A stretch of 52,433 nt of DNA, filler included, from Squatina squatina (taxonomy: Eukaryota): the NCBI GenBank assembly GCA_031763465.1. It is 3 parts of 3 records of this genome, joined end to end, with 100 filler letters (N's around TTAATTAATTAA, not from the genome) between each part and the next. Parts side by side here need not be neighbours in the genome. Positions count along the whole stretch, not along the records: positions 1 to 22,711 come from JARFOE010000149.1; 2 more parts are not named here. One strand, written 5' to 3'. Every line of letters begins with the position of its first letter. Position 1 is the stretch's first letter. Positions 1-11,985 of the stretch are shown here, piece after piece. Made by a program: the position numbers and the translations under genes. The notes under the pieces were generated by a model. It was given only the letters and a program-made list of their open reading frames with translations. It ran no database searches and was not told where the DNA came from.

Positions 1-125
1 TCAAAACAGAAAGAATTATCTCTTTAAAACCTGACTGTGGACCGGGAGGAGGATCCATAGTTTGAGATTCAAGCCTCTTTACATTTGGCACAATGAGGTA
101 ATGATTTTAAAAGTATTTTAAAAGA

Positions 126-145
126 ACACACACACACACACACAC
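126..145. repeat. (AC)10 microsatellite
   Basis: Seen directly in the sequence. Confidence 0.95.
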
Positions 146-683
146 TATACTTAAGCACTGTAGCAGGAGTTGGGCGGATGAGCAGCAGATTATGTGGGGC
201 TTAGAGCAGGGAAGAGCTCAGAGCGACGTCTGAAGCAGTGCGACTTGCACAGTGCAGATGAAAGAGAAGCATAATCTTCCAGCTCCCAAAGAACTCTGAG
301 ATGAATAAGTAAATTTGTGCAGGCATAAACTATTCATCAAAGTGTGAATTGTAAAATAGTCCACATGTCATCATTTTAATTGCTGCTTGGGGGCGGGGGG
401 GGTGGTGGGATGTGTGGAAAGTGAGAAACAAATGTCATTGAGAAGAGTCAAGGGTCACGTTGGCATCATGACATCAGAAAGACGTGTCGTGATTCCAATC
501 TAATGATAAAGCCAGAACAAAAGCACCATTCAACATTCATAAGAACGTAAGAACTAGGAGCATGAATAGGCCAGACGGCCCCTNNNNNNNNNNNNNNNNN
601 NNNNNNNNNNNNNNNNNNNNNNNNNNNNNNNNNNNNNNNNNNNNNNNNNNNNNNNNNNNNNNNNNNNNNNNNNNNNNNNNNNN

Positions 684-1345
684 CCTGACTAACATGTTTG
701 AATTTTTTGAGGGGGCAACAAGGGCCGATGAGGCTAGCGTGTTTGATGGATTTTAACAAGGCTTTTGACAAGGTCCCACATGGCAGACTGGTTAGACAAA
801 CAACAGCCTACTGGATCCAAGGGAAAGTGGCAAGTTGGATCTAAAATGGGCTCAGTGGCAGGAAGTAAAGGTTAATGCTCAGCGAGTGTTTTTGTGACTG
901 GAAGGCTGTTTCTAGTAGGGTTCTGCAGGGCTCAGTACTAGGTCCCTTGCTTTTCATGGTATATATCGATGGTTTAGACATGATTAGTATGATTAAGAAG
1001 CTTGCAAGAATTAGTCTTGTGTTTGATAGTGAGGAAGTTAGTTGTAAACTGCAGGAAGATATCGAAGGACTGGTCAGGCGGACAGAAAAGTGGCAAATGG
1101 AATTCAATTCAGAGCATTGTGATGGTGGGGGCGTGGAACTCACTACCTGAAAGGGTGGTAGAGGCAGAAACATTCTTTGCATTTGAAAAGTACTTGGATG
1201 TGCACTTGAAGTGCTGGAACCTACAAGGCTACGGACTAAGCTGGAAAGTGGGATTAGGCTGGATAGCTCTTTTTCGACTGGCACAGACACGATAGGCTGA
1301 ATGGCCTCCTTATGTGCCATAAACATCTATGATTCTATGATTCTA
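684..1345 (+). mobile_element. CR1 LINE RT fragment and 3' end with internal deletion
   Basis: DFNKAFDKVPH-like segment, VLQGSVLGPLLFMVYIDGLD, and an ATTCTATG repeat tail. Confidence 0.9.
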
Positions 1346-1495
1346 CAAGTCATGCTGTATTCCAAGGGGAATTCCTACAAGTACACTCATGTCTANNNNN
1401 NNNNNNNNNNNNNNNNNNNNNNNNNNNNNNNNNNNNNNNNNNNNNNNNNNNNNNNNNNNNNNNNNNNNNNNNNNNNNNNNNNNNNNNNNNNNNNN

Positions 1496-1660
1496 CATTT
1501 AAAAAGTGCTTGGATGTGCACTTGAAGTGCCGTAAAATACAAGGCTACGGACCAAGTGCTGGAAAGTGGGATTAGGCTGGATGGCTCTTTGTCAGTCGGC
1601 ACGGACACAATGGGCTGAATGGTCTCCGTCTGTGCTATAAATTTCTATGAGTTTATGATA
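1496..1660 (+). mobile_element. CR1 3' end
   Basis: Homologous to 1180-1340 (ggaaagtgggattaggctgg...tttctatga). Confidence 0.85.
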
Positions 1661-1674
1661 AGAAATCCTGCTGC

Positions 1675-1760
1675 TTTAGCTAAGATTAGCTGACTCAGGA
1701 CAGACTGGCCATTGAACTTGGGACTTTCCAGCTCTGTATGGCTCAGCTACTCACTGGATA
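1675..1760 (-). mobile_element. Head fragment of a second, older tRNA-like SINE family
   Basis: Minus strand reads CCAGTGAGTAGCTGAGCCATACAGAGCTGGAAAGTCCCAAGTTCAATGGCCAGTCTGTCCTGAGTCAGCT, with a B-box-like GTTCAAT. More decayed candidate relatives at about 4020-4290 and 27530-27670. Confidence 0.55.
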
Positions 1761-2444
1761 AACTTACTGAATTATCAGGAGAGCCTACATTTCTTCTCTT
1801 TATTATTTGTAATGACACTCCAAGCCCAACATTCCTGGGCGGTGCAATAGTCCTCATGGGGTGGACCAGAATCTGGGGCAGAACATGGATCTACTGTGTT
1901 TCTATCTTGTGCATTCTGCGGCCCAAATTCTGATCAGGGTGTGAGCGAGTCATCTGCCCACATGCCTCCCTGCTGCAGAGGGATTAATACCTGTAAAATA
2001 TTGCCCTGTTGTTTTCGAAGAGCTTATTAAAAAATGAGCTGTCCTTTGCAGGCCTTAGAGTCCTCCTGTCAGAGTGACAAGGCGCTGCTCCAATTTCCAC
2101 CAGATCATCAGGGCAAGTGCCCTCCCGACTATAGAATTGACACCATCTGTGTGATTTGGGATGGGGACAACACCAGAGAGACTGAACGTCCCAAAAGCTG
2201 TATTTCCNNNNNNNNNNNNNNNNNNNNNNNNNNNNNNNNNNNNNNNNNNNNNNNNNNNNNNNNNNNNNNNNNNNNNNNNNNNNNNNNNNNNNNNNNNNNN
2301 NNNNNNNTGTTTGTGGGAGCTTGCTGTGTGCAAATTGGCTGCCACATTTCCTGCACTTCAAAAAATTACTTCATTGGCTGTAAAGCACTTTGGGACGTCC
2401 GATGGTCGTTAAAGGCGCTATAGAAATGCAAGTCTTTCTTTCTT

Positions 2445-2766
2445 AGAGAGAGTGGAGAGGAAGGACCTATTTCCCCTTGACTGAGGGGTCAATAACCAGG
2501 GGGCGTAGATTTAAAGTAATTGGTAGAAGGTTTAGAGGGTATTTGAGGAGAAATGTTTTCACCCAGAGTGTTGGAGAGGCAGAAACCCTCATCGCTTTTA
2601 AAAAGTACTTGGATGTGCCCTTGAAGTGCTGTAACCTACAGGGCTACTACGGACCAAGAGCTGGAAAGTGGGATTAGGCTGGAGAGCTCTTTGTTGGCCA
2701 GCACGGACACAATGGGCTGAATGGCCTCCTTCTGTGCTGTAAATTTCTATGGTTCTGTGATATGAT
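2445..2766 (+). mobile_element. CR1 3' end abutting a Deu-SINE tail (2308-2443)
   Basis: TRGRRFKVIGRRFRGYLRRNVFTQ followed by a tttctatggttctgtg tail. Confidence 0.87.
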
Positions 2767-2871
2767 TTTCATGGTGAACGTTCAGCAAATAAGATTGCGT
2801 TGATCCGATTGTTGTCGGAGAAGGAGCTTTGATGCTGCTCAGCATTTGATAAAATACACATTCGGTAGTGT

Positions 2872-2890
2872 GCTGCGCCCTCTAGTGCAC
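2872..2890 (-). promoter_or_regulatory. Candidate CTCF binding site
   Basis: Minus strand GCACTAGAGGGCGCAGC is close to the CTCF core CCACTAGAGGGCGC, in non-repetitive sequence. Motif match only. Confidence 0.4.
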
Positions 2891-3214
2891 ATTGACAGGA
2901 ACTGGAGAAACTTGGGTTTCTTTCTGTCGATAAATTAAGTGCTTCCCACATGTACTTCTACCCNNNNNNNNNNNNNNNNNNNNNNNNNNNNNNNNNNNNN
3001 NNNNNNNNNNNNNNNNNNNNNNNNNNNNNNNNNNNNNNNNNNNNNNNNNNNNNNNNNNNNNNNGATTCCACCTGCACCGATCGACCTACAACAGTTCTTA
3101 AAACCTCTCTCTTTGCTCAAACTTTTGGCCATCGGCCCTCTCATTTTGCTCAATGTGAAATTTTGTTTGATAATTGCCCCTGTGAAAGTGCCTTGGGACA
3201 TTTTACCACATTAA

Positions 3215-3978
3215 GGGACCAGAATTGAGCTCCTGTAACATCCCATTAGCACCTCCTAGGGGCGCTAACGGGACGTTAAAAAAAAATGGTGTCGGGAAGT
3301 GGCCATCTCGCCTCCCAGGAAATTCAGCTGGCCTGCCCAGATGAATTTCTTGGCGGGTCAGTGCGAGAGTCATCAAAATGCGTGCCGACCCGCACTGCAC
3401 AGCTGCAATGCCCTCAACATTCAGTTTGCGTTCCACAGGTGGAATTCACCCACAGGAGGCGGCCACAGCATGGGTGGTTGCAGTGACAGGGAAACTTGTC
3501 GCTGCAACGAGGCCCTTAAAGGGGAGGGCGTCTGCACATCTGACCGCCATCTTTACTTTTTGGGCAACTTTGAAATCGGCCAAAAAATGGTGGCCGATCA
3601 GTCGGATTGGACCACCACCTTCTCGCCCGTCACGCGTGCCAGGCTGGTGGCCTGGTCGCTGGCGTCCCTGATGGCCCAGTGTCCGGCCACGGGGTGAGTC
3701 CATGATGGCTGGCGGCCCTCCCCTTTAAGGGAGGCCCGGCTGTGCTGCTGACTTTAGCACACAACGCGCTGATGCAGTGTTTCAGACGTTAATGGCGTGG
3801 CGCTGAAGCTACGCCACCGGTGTCCAAGCCCTGCTGCCCCTGGAGCATCCAGGAGCACGCTGCATTCCGCAGGCACCCTGGAGGAGCACTGAATTCCAGG
3901 CGGGGCGGGCGCTGGCAAGAGAAATGCTGGCACCACCCCGTACGTGTTCTAGATGCATCGGAACTCAATTTCTAGCCC
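3215..3978. mobile_element. Non-autonomous DNA transposon (MITE), probably PIF/Harbinger type
   Basis: Imperfect TIRs GGGACCAGAATTGAGCTCC and GGAACTCAATTTCTAGCCC, with TAA duplicated on both sides (3212-3214, 3979-3981). It splits an L2-type 3' tail (ccacattaa | aagtgctatataaatgcaag). GC/CpG-rich interior. Confidence 0.8.
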
Positions 3979-4934
3979 TAAAAGTGCTATATAAATGCAA
4001 GTTTGTTGTTGTCCTTCACATATTAGCCCGATAGTGACTATCAGTAGGCTATTTGACTCTGAGATGAAAGAGGGCAAAATCACAACCAAGCCCATTCCTG
4101 TTTGCACCCAGTATTCCAATAGGAATCACTGAATAGCAATCAATACTAGGAAACCTAGCGCATGGGCACTATGGAGAACTGTTGGAGCCCAACTGCAGCC
4201 TCACTGGGAAAGTTGCCTATGTACTGATTGGGAATCAAGCCTGCGATCTTTTGATCTACACAGCTTGTTAGTGAACCCATTAGGCCATCAGCTAAGCTGA
4301 AACCTTTATTTTAATTAAAACAGATCAAATGAATACAATACACATTATCCCTCAGTAAAAGAAAATCTGCAGATGTAAGAGGAACTGTGTTTTGTTAACT
4401 GAAGGTCCAAATCCTATAGCATGGGACATATGCAAGGCTGGAAAGAGTAAAAAAGATAATATGAGACAAATCAAGTAGTACTGATAAGAGATAACAAGTT
4501 TGTAATTTTGTTGTGGTTATTGTACTGTGTTGGGAATATAAAATACTGCGACAAAATGAACCGTTTCAGGATTAAATGGATTATTTATTGGATTTTGTTA
4601 TGCTAATCATGGTGCACAAATGGGGTTAAAATTGGTTAGTGCTAGCTACTGGTGCAGGCTGCAGAAAATCTGCTTTTGACTCTGGTATGCCAGAAGGCTT
4701 TGTAAGCTTGCTTCCCACTGCCCTTTGGTGAGGACCCACATCGTTATTACTAGTTCAAGCCATTACAGTTCGTGTTTGCTTGGTATCTGTATTTGTATGG
4801 CCAAACACTGTTTTGAATCTTAAATTTCTGACTATCCAAAGATAGTTATAAAAAATATATTTTTAATATCCTTTGTTCTGGGATGTCTTCAATGGAATTT
4901 GGAGCTACATCTTGGGTGGCATTGCATGAAACCT

Positions 4935-5082
4935 GCATAAGAACATAAGAAATAGGAGCAGGAGTAGACCTTTCGGTCCCTCGAGACTGCTCTGCCATTC
5001 AATATGATCATGGCTGATCTACCTCAACTCCACTTTCCTGCACTATCATATCCCTTAATTCCCTTCATATCCAAAAATCTAT
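4935..5082 (-). mobile_element. CR1 3' end
   Basis: cataagaacataagaaataggagcaggagtag is the reverse complement of the CR1 tail. A related copy lies at 5955-6190. Confidence 0.85.
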
Positions 5083-6869
5083 NNNNNNNNNNNNNNNNNN
5101 NNNNNNNNNNNNNNNNNNNNNNNNNNNNNNNNNNNNNNNNNNNNNNNNNNNNNNNNNNNNNNNNNNNNNNNNNNNNNNNNNNTGTTTGGTGGCATCTTGC
5201 ACTAGATGTTGTCTCATTGCACACCATTCAATGTCGCGGTCTGAGAGCAGCCCCTCCAGCAGCCAGTGCCTCAGCCCGAGAGGTTTAGGTTTGTTCATAT
5301 TCTCCTCGTCATTCCAGTACCTCGCGTAGTGTGCCACTTTGTGGACTCAGTTTATCCATCCATCACCAATATAGTGGTTAATTGTGGTGCCATTGTATTT
5401 GTCCTGTCCCACCCACTTGCCCCCTCTCCAGTTATTGTGCAGTTAAATATCTTTTCCTCGTGCTAGCAAGAATTGATGCCCCTCTGGTTTAACACATTGA
5501 CCTTAATCTCTGTGCAGTCGTCGCAACCTCCAAGAAGAATGCGTGTGTATCTCTGGTGTTTGCATTCCTGTATAAGGTGGTTCAGGTGAGAATGTTGGCT
5601 TTAATTCTCCCCCTTGTTGAGGTCCAGGCTTAATAATTATTCATCCTGAAACCCCCACCACCCCAATCGATAACCCTTTTGCTCTTGTAAATCAGCAGCT
5701 TACCCAGTTCTGTTTTTAATCTTTCGACAACACTAGATGACAGTGTTTTAAAAAATTCGTGACTTGCAAAGGGGTGAAATTCCTCTTTCAATGAAACAAA
5801 CAGAGACTGCCCACGTTCTCCCGTCGTTCACCCACATGCGAAGTATGGTTATGCGTCTTTGAAACATATAATTTTGGACGATGCGGTTTTGTTGGATACT
5901 TGCAGAGAAATTATGATCCTCCAATTATTTTTTTTGTTGAGGACTTCAGAGCTTAAGATAGGAGCAGGAGTAGGCCATACAACCCCTCGAACCTGCTCTG
6001 CTCCTCAATGAGATCATGGCTTCTACCTCAACTTCACCTTCCTGCATTATCCCCGTATCCCTTGATTCCCTTAGTATCAAAAAATCTATCGATCTCGGTC
6101 TTGAATATACTCAACGACTGAGCATCCACTGCCCTCGGGTAGAGAATTCCAAAGATTCACAACCCTTTTAGTAACAAAGTTTCTCCTCATNNNNNNNNNN
6201 NNNNNNNNNNNNNNNNNNNNNNNNNNNNNNNNNNNNNNNNNNNNNNNNNNNNNNNNNNNNNNNNNNNNNNNNNNNNNNNNNNNNNNNNNNTAGATTATCA
6301 GGCCCTGGGGATTTATCGGCCTTCAATTCTGTCAATGCTAAATCTCCTCAGCGAGATACCAGTGTAGTAGAGCTCCTGGAGGAGCAGAGCAACTCGGACA
6401 GTAACTTCCTGATTTCCGCATTTAACTGCGCATGTGCAGACACCGGAAGCTGCCGTCCGATTTACTCCTTAATAATGGTGAACGCTGATAGCCTAACGTT
6501 ATTTCCACCGCAAGATCCGGGCTATTGTGTCTTAGATTGCTTTTTAGTATCAAGACTTTGTCATTGACCTTGGGGGTACAAGTCTATCTTTGGAGGCCCA
6601 GGACAACTGTATATGAACTTTGCCTGTATATCCAGCTCCCTATTTTGGCTGCTTGTTTCCACAGTGAACGGGATAAAAGGCTTGATGATGGAAATTGTTC
6701 ATGCAGCAGTTAATTGGAGTCAAAACTATTCAAATGAACTTTTAAAGATCACCACTCTTTATTGTATTGAAACAGTTTATGTAATAAGTCATGTATTTTA
6801 TCATATATTTCCGGCTATGTGTTTTTGCTTTTGTGTAATTAACCTGTTTGTAAATCATTTAAAAAAAAA

Positions 6870-7008
6870 TTTGTTCATGGGATGTGGGCATCGCAGGCAA
6901 GGCCAGCATTTATTGTCCATCCCTAATTGCCCTTGAGAAGGTGGTAGTGAGCCGTCTTCTTGAACCGCTGCAGTCCGTGCGGTGAAGGTGCTCCCACAGT
7001 GCTGTTAA
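6870..7008 (-). mobile_element. 3' tail of the same LINE family as 52020-52395
   Basis: Reverse complement of the tail motif: ccagcatttattg...cccttgagaaggtggtagtgagccgtcttcttgaaccgctgcag. Confidence 0.75.
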
Positions 7009-7404
7009 GTTAGAGCTGCCAACTCTGGTTGGAGGCATTCCTGGAGGTTTGATCACCCGAGGTCCTGACCACACGACACCTGACCTTTGATCACGTGACA
7101 TCTGCAGATGTTACTGCAGTTACATTATAGATGCTGGGGTCCCCTGTAGTTGAATATCTTTGCTAATGGTGTTGCCCCAATAGTTGGTGGCAAGAACTAG
7201 GAGACCAGCAGGTGAAGAGGGGAAACCAAGGGCAGCAATTCGCAGGGAGGAGCCAGAGATGGGAGGAAATTTGGTTCCACCAATAACTAATAGTAACTCA
7301 CTGAAAGTGCACCAATAACTGATAGTAATAATGGTAAAACTCAGATTGCCAAGCAGGAGCAGCAGTGGGGGATTTTGGGGGGAATGGGGTGATTGGGGGG
7401 TGGG

Positions 7405-7696
7405 GTGGGTCAACATCCCCTGCATCGAGGCACTGGTCATGCACAAACAGCTGTGTTGGGTGGGCCACATTTTCTGCATGCCTGATTCAAGACTCCCGAA
7501 ACAAGCAATCTACTCCGAGCTTTGTCACGGCAAATGACTACCAGGACGGCAGAGGAAACGCTTCAAGGACGTCCTCAAAGCCTCCCTGAAAAAATGTAAC
7601 AACCGACTCATGGGAATCTCTAGCCCCAGACCGCCCAAACTGGAGGAGAAGCATCCGCAAAGGCGCTGATTACTGTGAGCTTCTCCGCCGGGAGCA
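7405..7696 (+). mobile_element. RTE-clade LINE ORF C-terminal fragment
   Basis: QLCWVGHIFCMPDSRLPKQAIYSELCHGK*LPGRQRKRFKDVLKASLK is the typical RTE post-RT motif. Confidence 0.85.
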
Positions 7697-8147
7697 NNNN
7701 NNNNNNNNNNNNNNNNNNNNNNNNNNNNNNNNNNNNNNNNNNNNNNNNNNNNNNNNNNNNNNNNNNNNNNNNNNNNNNNNNNNNNNNNNNNNNNNNCACT
7801 GAGGATTCTGGTGCATGTTCTGTTTTTTGAACTGACTGGAGTACATTGACATCTACCTCCATTGACACCAATTTCTGTTTCTTGGTAAATCATAACATCA
7901 TACACCTATGCCACTACCTCTTCCCCCATAGCTGTCCAAGCCTAAACCATCACAGTTATCACCTTAAGCCTCAATTTCACTAATAGTTTCACCGCTTCTA
8001 CTCTCCACAAATCGTAACCCATTCAGACCGCTGCCACTACACCCCTATTCTCTAGGACTCTTCTACCCTTCCCAATTCCTTTTCTTTTCCGTATCCATTC
8101 CTGTCTGCAAAAGCTTCCTCATAACCCTTCCATTTGTTTTTTTTTGT

Positions 8148-8341
8148 GTCAGCCCTGGCTCAGTTGGGAGCACTCTTGCCTCTGAGTCAGGAGTTCAGAA
8201 GAATGGACGTTAAAATGAGGCCCCGTCTGCTCTCTCTGAGATCCCATGACACTATTTCAAAGAAGAGCAGGGGAGTTATCTCTGGTGTCCTGGCCAATAT
8301 TTATCCTTCAATCAACATCACTAAAAAAAATAGATTATCTG
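8148..8341 (+). mobile_element. Deu-domain SINE, internally deleted
   Basis: Head ggctcagttgggagcactcttgcctctgagtcag joined to the Deu core, ending at a gap. Confidence 0.8.
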
Positions 8342-8964
8342 NNNNNNNNNNNNNNNNNNNNNNNNNNNNNNNNNNNNNNNNNNNNNNNNNNNNNNNNNNN
8401 NNNNNNNNNNNNNNNNNNNNNNNNNNNNNNNNNNNNNNNNNGGACTGCCTTAAAATGAAGCCAGTATAGTGCTCCCAGGAAAGCAAGCATTCACTTGCAT
8501 GATGGCATGCTTCTTGTCACAAATGAGACTGAGACTGTTGCATTCTTTCTTGATTGCATTGATCAAGGGGGCACACAAGACTATGTAGCGGATTCCTTGG
8601 ACCATAGGAAACTTTCACTTTCTAAAATTGCAGTGACATGGTGCTGCCAGTTATCCACAGGGAAATTAATGAACTGGCTTGCTCTAGCAAACAGTACATC
8701 TGTAGAAAGCTAACTGACTAATATTAGTGATGTCCTTGGTAGAACTCAAATAAGTCAGACAGGAACTACCTATTAAGAATCCATCTGACCTTTGATCAGC
8801 ACATACATGGATCCAGAATTGACTTAATGATAGAAAACAGAGAGTTGTGGTAAATGTCTTTTTTTGGACAGGAGAAAGGTATATAGTTGTGTTTCCCAAG
8901 GCTCAGTACTAGGACCACTGCTGTTTTTGATGTGCACTAATAAATAAAGGAGGAAGAAAAAAAG

Positions 8965-9420
8965 TGTCAATTGTGACTTAACTGGTAGCACCTTCGCCTG
9001 ATTGATTCAGAATGTTGTGGGTTCAAGTCCCACTCCAGAGCCTTGAGCACAAAATTCTATACAGATACTCCAGTGCAATGCTGAGGGAAGGCTACACAGT
9101 TGGCAGTGTGATGCTATCTTTTGGATGAGATGTTAAACAGAGGCCCCCCCGTCTGCTCTCTCAGGTGGATGTAAAAGATCCCAAGGCACGATTTCGAAGC
9201 TGTTATCCACGGTGTCCTGGCCAATATTTATCCTTCAATCAACACCAATAAAGAACACATTATCTGGCCGTTATCACATTGCTGTTTGAGGGAGCCTGCA
9301 GTATGCAAATTGGCTGCCACATTTTCTACATTACAATAGTGACTACACTAATAAAAGTACTTCATTGGCTGTAAAGTGCTTTGGGACATCCTGAAGTAGT
9401 GAAAGGTGGCATATAAATGC
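8965..9420 (+). mobile_element. Near full-length tRNA-derived Deu-domain SINE (SacSINE1-like)
   Basis: B box GGTTCAAGTCC, central ggatgagatgttaaac...gtggatgtaaaagatccca...ggtgtcctggccaatatttatcc domain, and an L2-like tail gtaaagtgctttgggacatcc...tataaatgc. Confidence 0.85.
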
Positions 9421-10802
9421 NNNNNNNNNNNNNNNNNNNNNNNNNNNNNNNNNNNNNNNNNNNNNNNNNNNNNNNNNNNNNNNNNNNNNNNNNNNNNNNN
9501 NNNNNNNNNNNNNNNNNNNNNNNNNNNNNNNNNNNNNNNNNNNNNNNNNNNNNNNNNNNNNNNNNNNNNNNNNNNNNNNNNNNNNNNNNNNNNNNNNNNN
9601 NNNNNNNNNNNNNNNNNNNNNNNNNNNNNNNNNNNNNNNNNNNNNNNNNNNNNNNNNNNNNNNNNNNNNNNNNNNNNNNNNNNNNNNNNNNNNNNNNNNN
9701 NNNNNNNNNNNNNNNNNNNNNNNNNNNNNNNNNNNNNNNNNNNNNNNNNNNNNNNNNNNNNNNNNNNNNNNNNNNNNNNNNNNNNNNNNNNNNNNNNNNN
9801 NNNNNNNNNNNNNNNNNNNNNNNNNNNNNNNNNNNNNNNNNNNNNNNNNNNNNNNNNNNNNNNNNNNNNNNNNNNNNNNNNNNNNNNNNNNNNNNNNNNN
9901 NNNNNNNNNNNNNNNNNNNNNNNNNNNNNNNNNNNNNNNNNNNNNNNNNNNNNNNNNNNNNNNNNNNNNNNNNNNNNNNNNNNNNNNNNNNNNNNNNNNN
10001 NNNNNNNNNNNNNNNNNNNNNNNNNNNNNNNNNNNNNNNNNNNNNNNNNNNNNNNNNNNNNNNNNNNNNNNNNNNNNNNNNNNNNNNNNNNNCAGAACTC
10101 AGTGCCATAACTATAAAATAGTCACTAATGTTTCCCACATTACAACAGTGACTACATTCCAAAAGTATTTGATTGGCTGTTAAGCTCTTTGAGATGTCCA
10201 GCGGTCGTGAAAGGTGTTCTATAAATGCAAGTCTTTCTTTCCTTACTAATAAATCCAATAGGGAATTGGGGAGGAACTTCCTTACTCAGCATGTGGTTAG
10301 AATGTGGAATGCACTATCACAAGGAATAGTTGAGGTGAATAGCATAGATGCATTAAAAGGGATGCAAGATAAGCACATGATGGAGAAGGGAATAGAAGGT
10401 TAGCTGATAGAGTTAGGTGAAGAGGGGTGGTCGGAGGCTTGTGAACGGCATGATCCAAATAGCCTGTTTCCGTGTTGTACGTTCTATGTAACGTAACTTG
10501 TGTAGCATGACTTGCTGCCTGAATGTTGCATTAAACATCCCAGAGTCAGTGAATAATTCTGGTAGGTAAACAAAGCACCTATTTTATTTACAGACATGTT
10601 CATTAAATGCCTTATTGTTGGGCAGANNNNNNNNNNNNNNNNNNNNNNNNNNNNNNNNNNNNNNNNNNNNNNNNNNNNNNNNNNNNNNNNNNNNNNNNNN
10701 NNNNNNNNNNNNNNNNNNNNNNNNNNATTGGCTGTAAAGTGCTTTGGGACATCTGGTGGTCGTGAAAGGTGCTATATAAATGCAAGTCTTTCTATCTTTC
10801 TC

Positions 10803-11985
10803 TGTAACATCCCTCGGCTCAGCCCCGCCTCAGCTCATCTGCTGCTGAAACCCTCATCCATGCCTTTGTCACCCCTAGACTTGACTATTCCAGCACACTC
10901 CTGGCTGACCTCCCGCATTTTACCCTCCGTAAACTTGAGGTCATCTAAAACTCTGCTGCCCGTGTCCTAATTCATACCAAGTTCCGTTTACCCATCACCC
11001 TCCGTGCTCGCAGACCTACATCGGCTCCCTGTTAATCAGTACCTCAATTTAAAACTTCTTATCCTTATTTTCAAATCCCTCCATGGTCTTGCCCCTCCCT
11101 ATCTCTGTAATCTCCTTCAACCTTTCAACCCTCTGAGATCCATATCTGGTCTCATGCGCATCCCCGACTTTAATCGCTCCACCATTGGTGGCCGTGCCTT
11201 CCTCTGCCAAGTCCCTAAACTCTGAAATTCCGTCCCTAAACCTCACTGCTTCTCACAGAATCATAGAATGGTTACAGAACAGAACAGAACAGAATAAAGC
11301 CATGCAGCCCGTCGAGCCGTGCCGGGTCTCTGCAAGAGCACCTCAGCTAGTTCCACTCCCCCGCCCTCTCCCCAAAATCCTGCACAGTTTTTTTCTTTCA
11401 GGTACTTATCCAGCTCCCTGTTNNNNNNNNNNNNNNNNNNNNNNNNNNNNNNNNNNNNNNNNNNNNNNNNNNNNNNNNNNNNNNNNNNNNNNNNNNNNNN
11501 NNNNNNNNNNNNNNNNNNNNNNCCGTAACATCGCCCGACTCTGCTCCTGCCGCAGCTCATCCACTGCTGAAAACCTCATCCATGCCTTTGTTACCTCTAG
11601 ACTTGACTATTCCAAAACTCCTGGCTGGCCTCCCACGTTCTACCCTATGTAAACTTGAGGTCATCCAAAACTTAGTTGCCCATGTCCTAAGACTCGTTCA
11701 TCCATCACCCCTGTGTTTGCTGACCTACATTGGCTCCCAGTTAAGCAATGCTTCGANNNNNNNNNNCAAGGCCTCACCCCTCCCTATATGTGTAATCTCA
11801 ACCAGCCCTATAACCCCCTGAGATATCTGCACTCCTCTAATTCTATCCTGTTGAGTATCCCTGATTACAATCGCTCAACTATTGGTGACCCTGCCTTCTT
11901 TGCCTAGGCCCTAAACTCTGGAATTTCCTGCCTAAACCTCTTTGCTTCTCTACCTCTCTTTCCTCCTTTAAGATGCTCCTTAAAC
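10803..11985 (+). mobile_element. Two L2-clade LINE 3' fragments, with a minus-strand CR1 tail at 11258-11422 between them
   Basis: AENLIHAFVTSRLDYS and LADLHRLPV...KLLILIFKSLHGLAPPYL motifs occur twice (10803-11255, 11523-11985). Confidence 0.87.

Noticed and set aside
3286-3936. Overlapping ORFs or CpG-island promoter
   Set aside because: Entirely inside a TIR- and TSD-bounded MITE. The ORFs reflect high GC content and show no recognisable domain.
9362-10258. Long ORFs (234-298 aa) and other X-containing ORFs in the track
   Set aside because: They exist only because N runs contain no stop codons.
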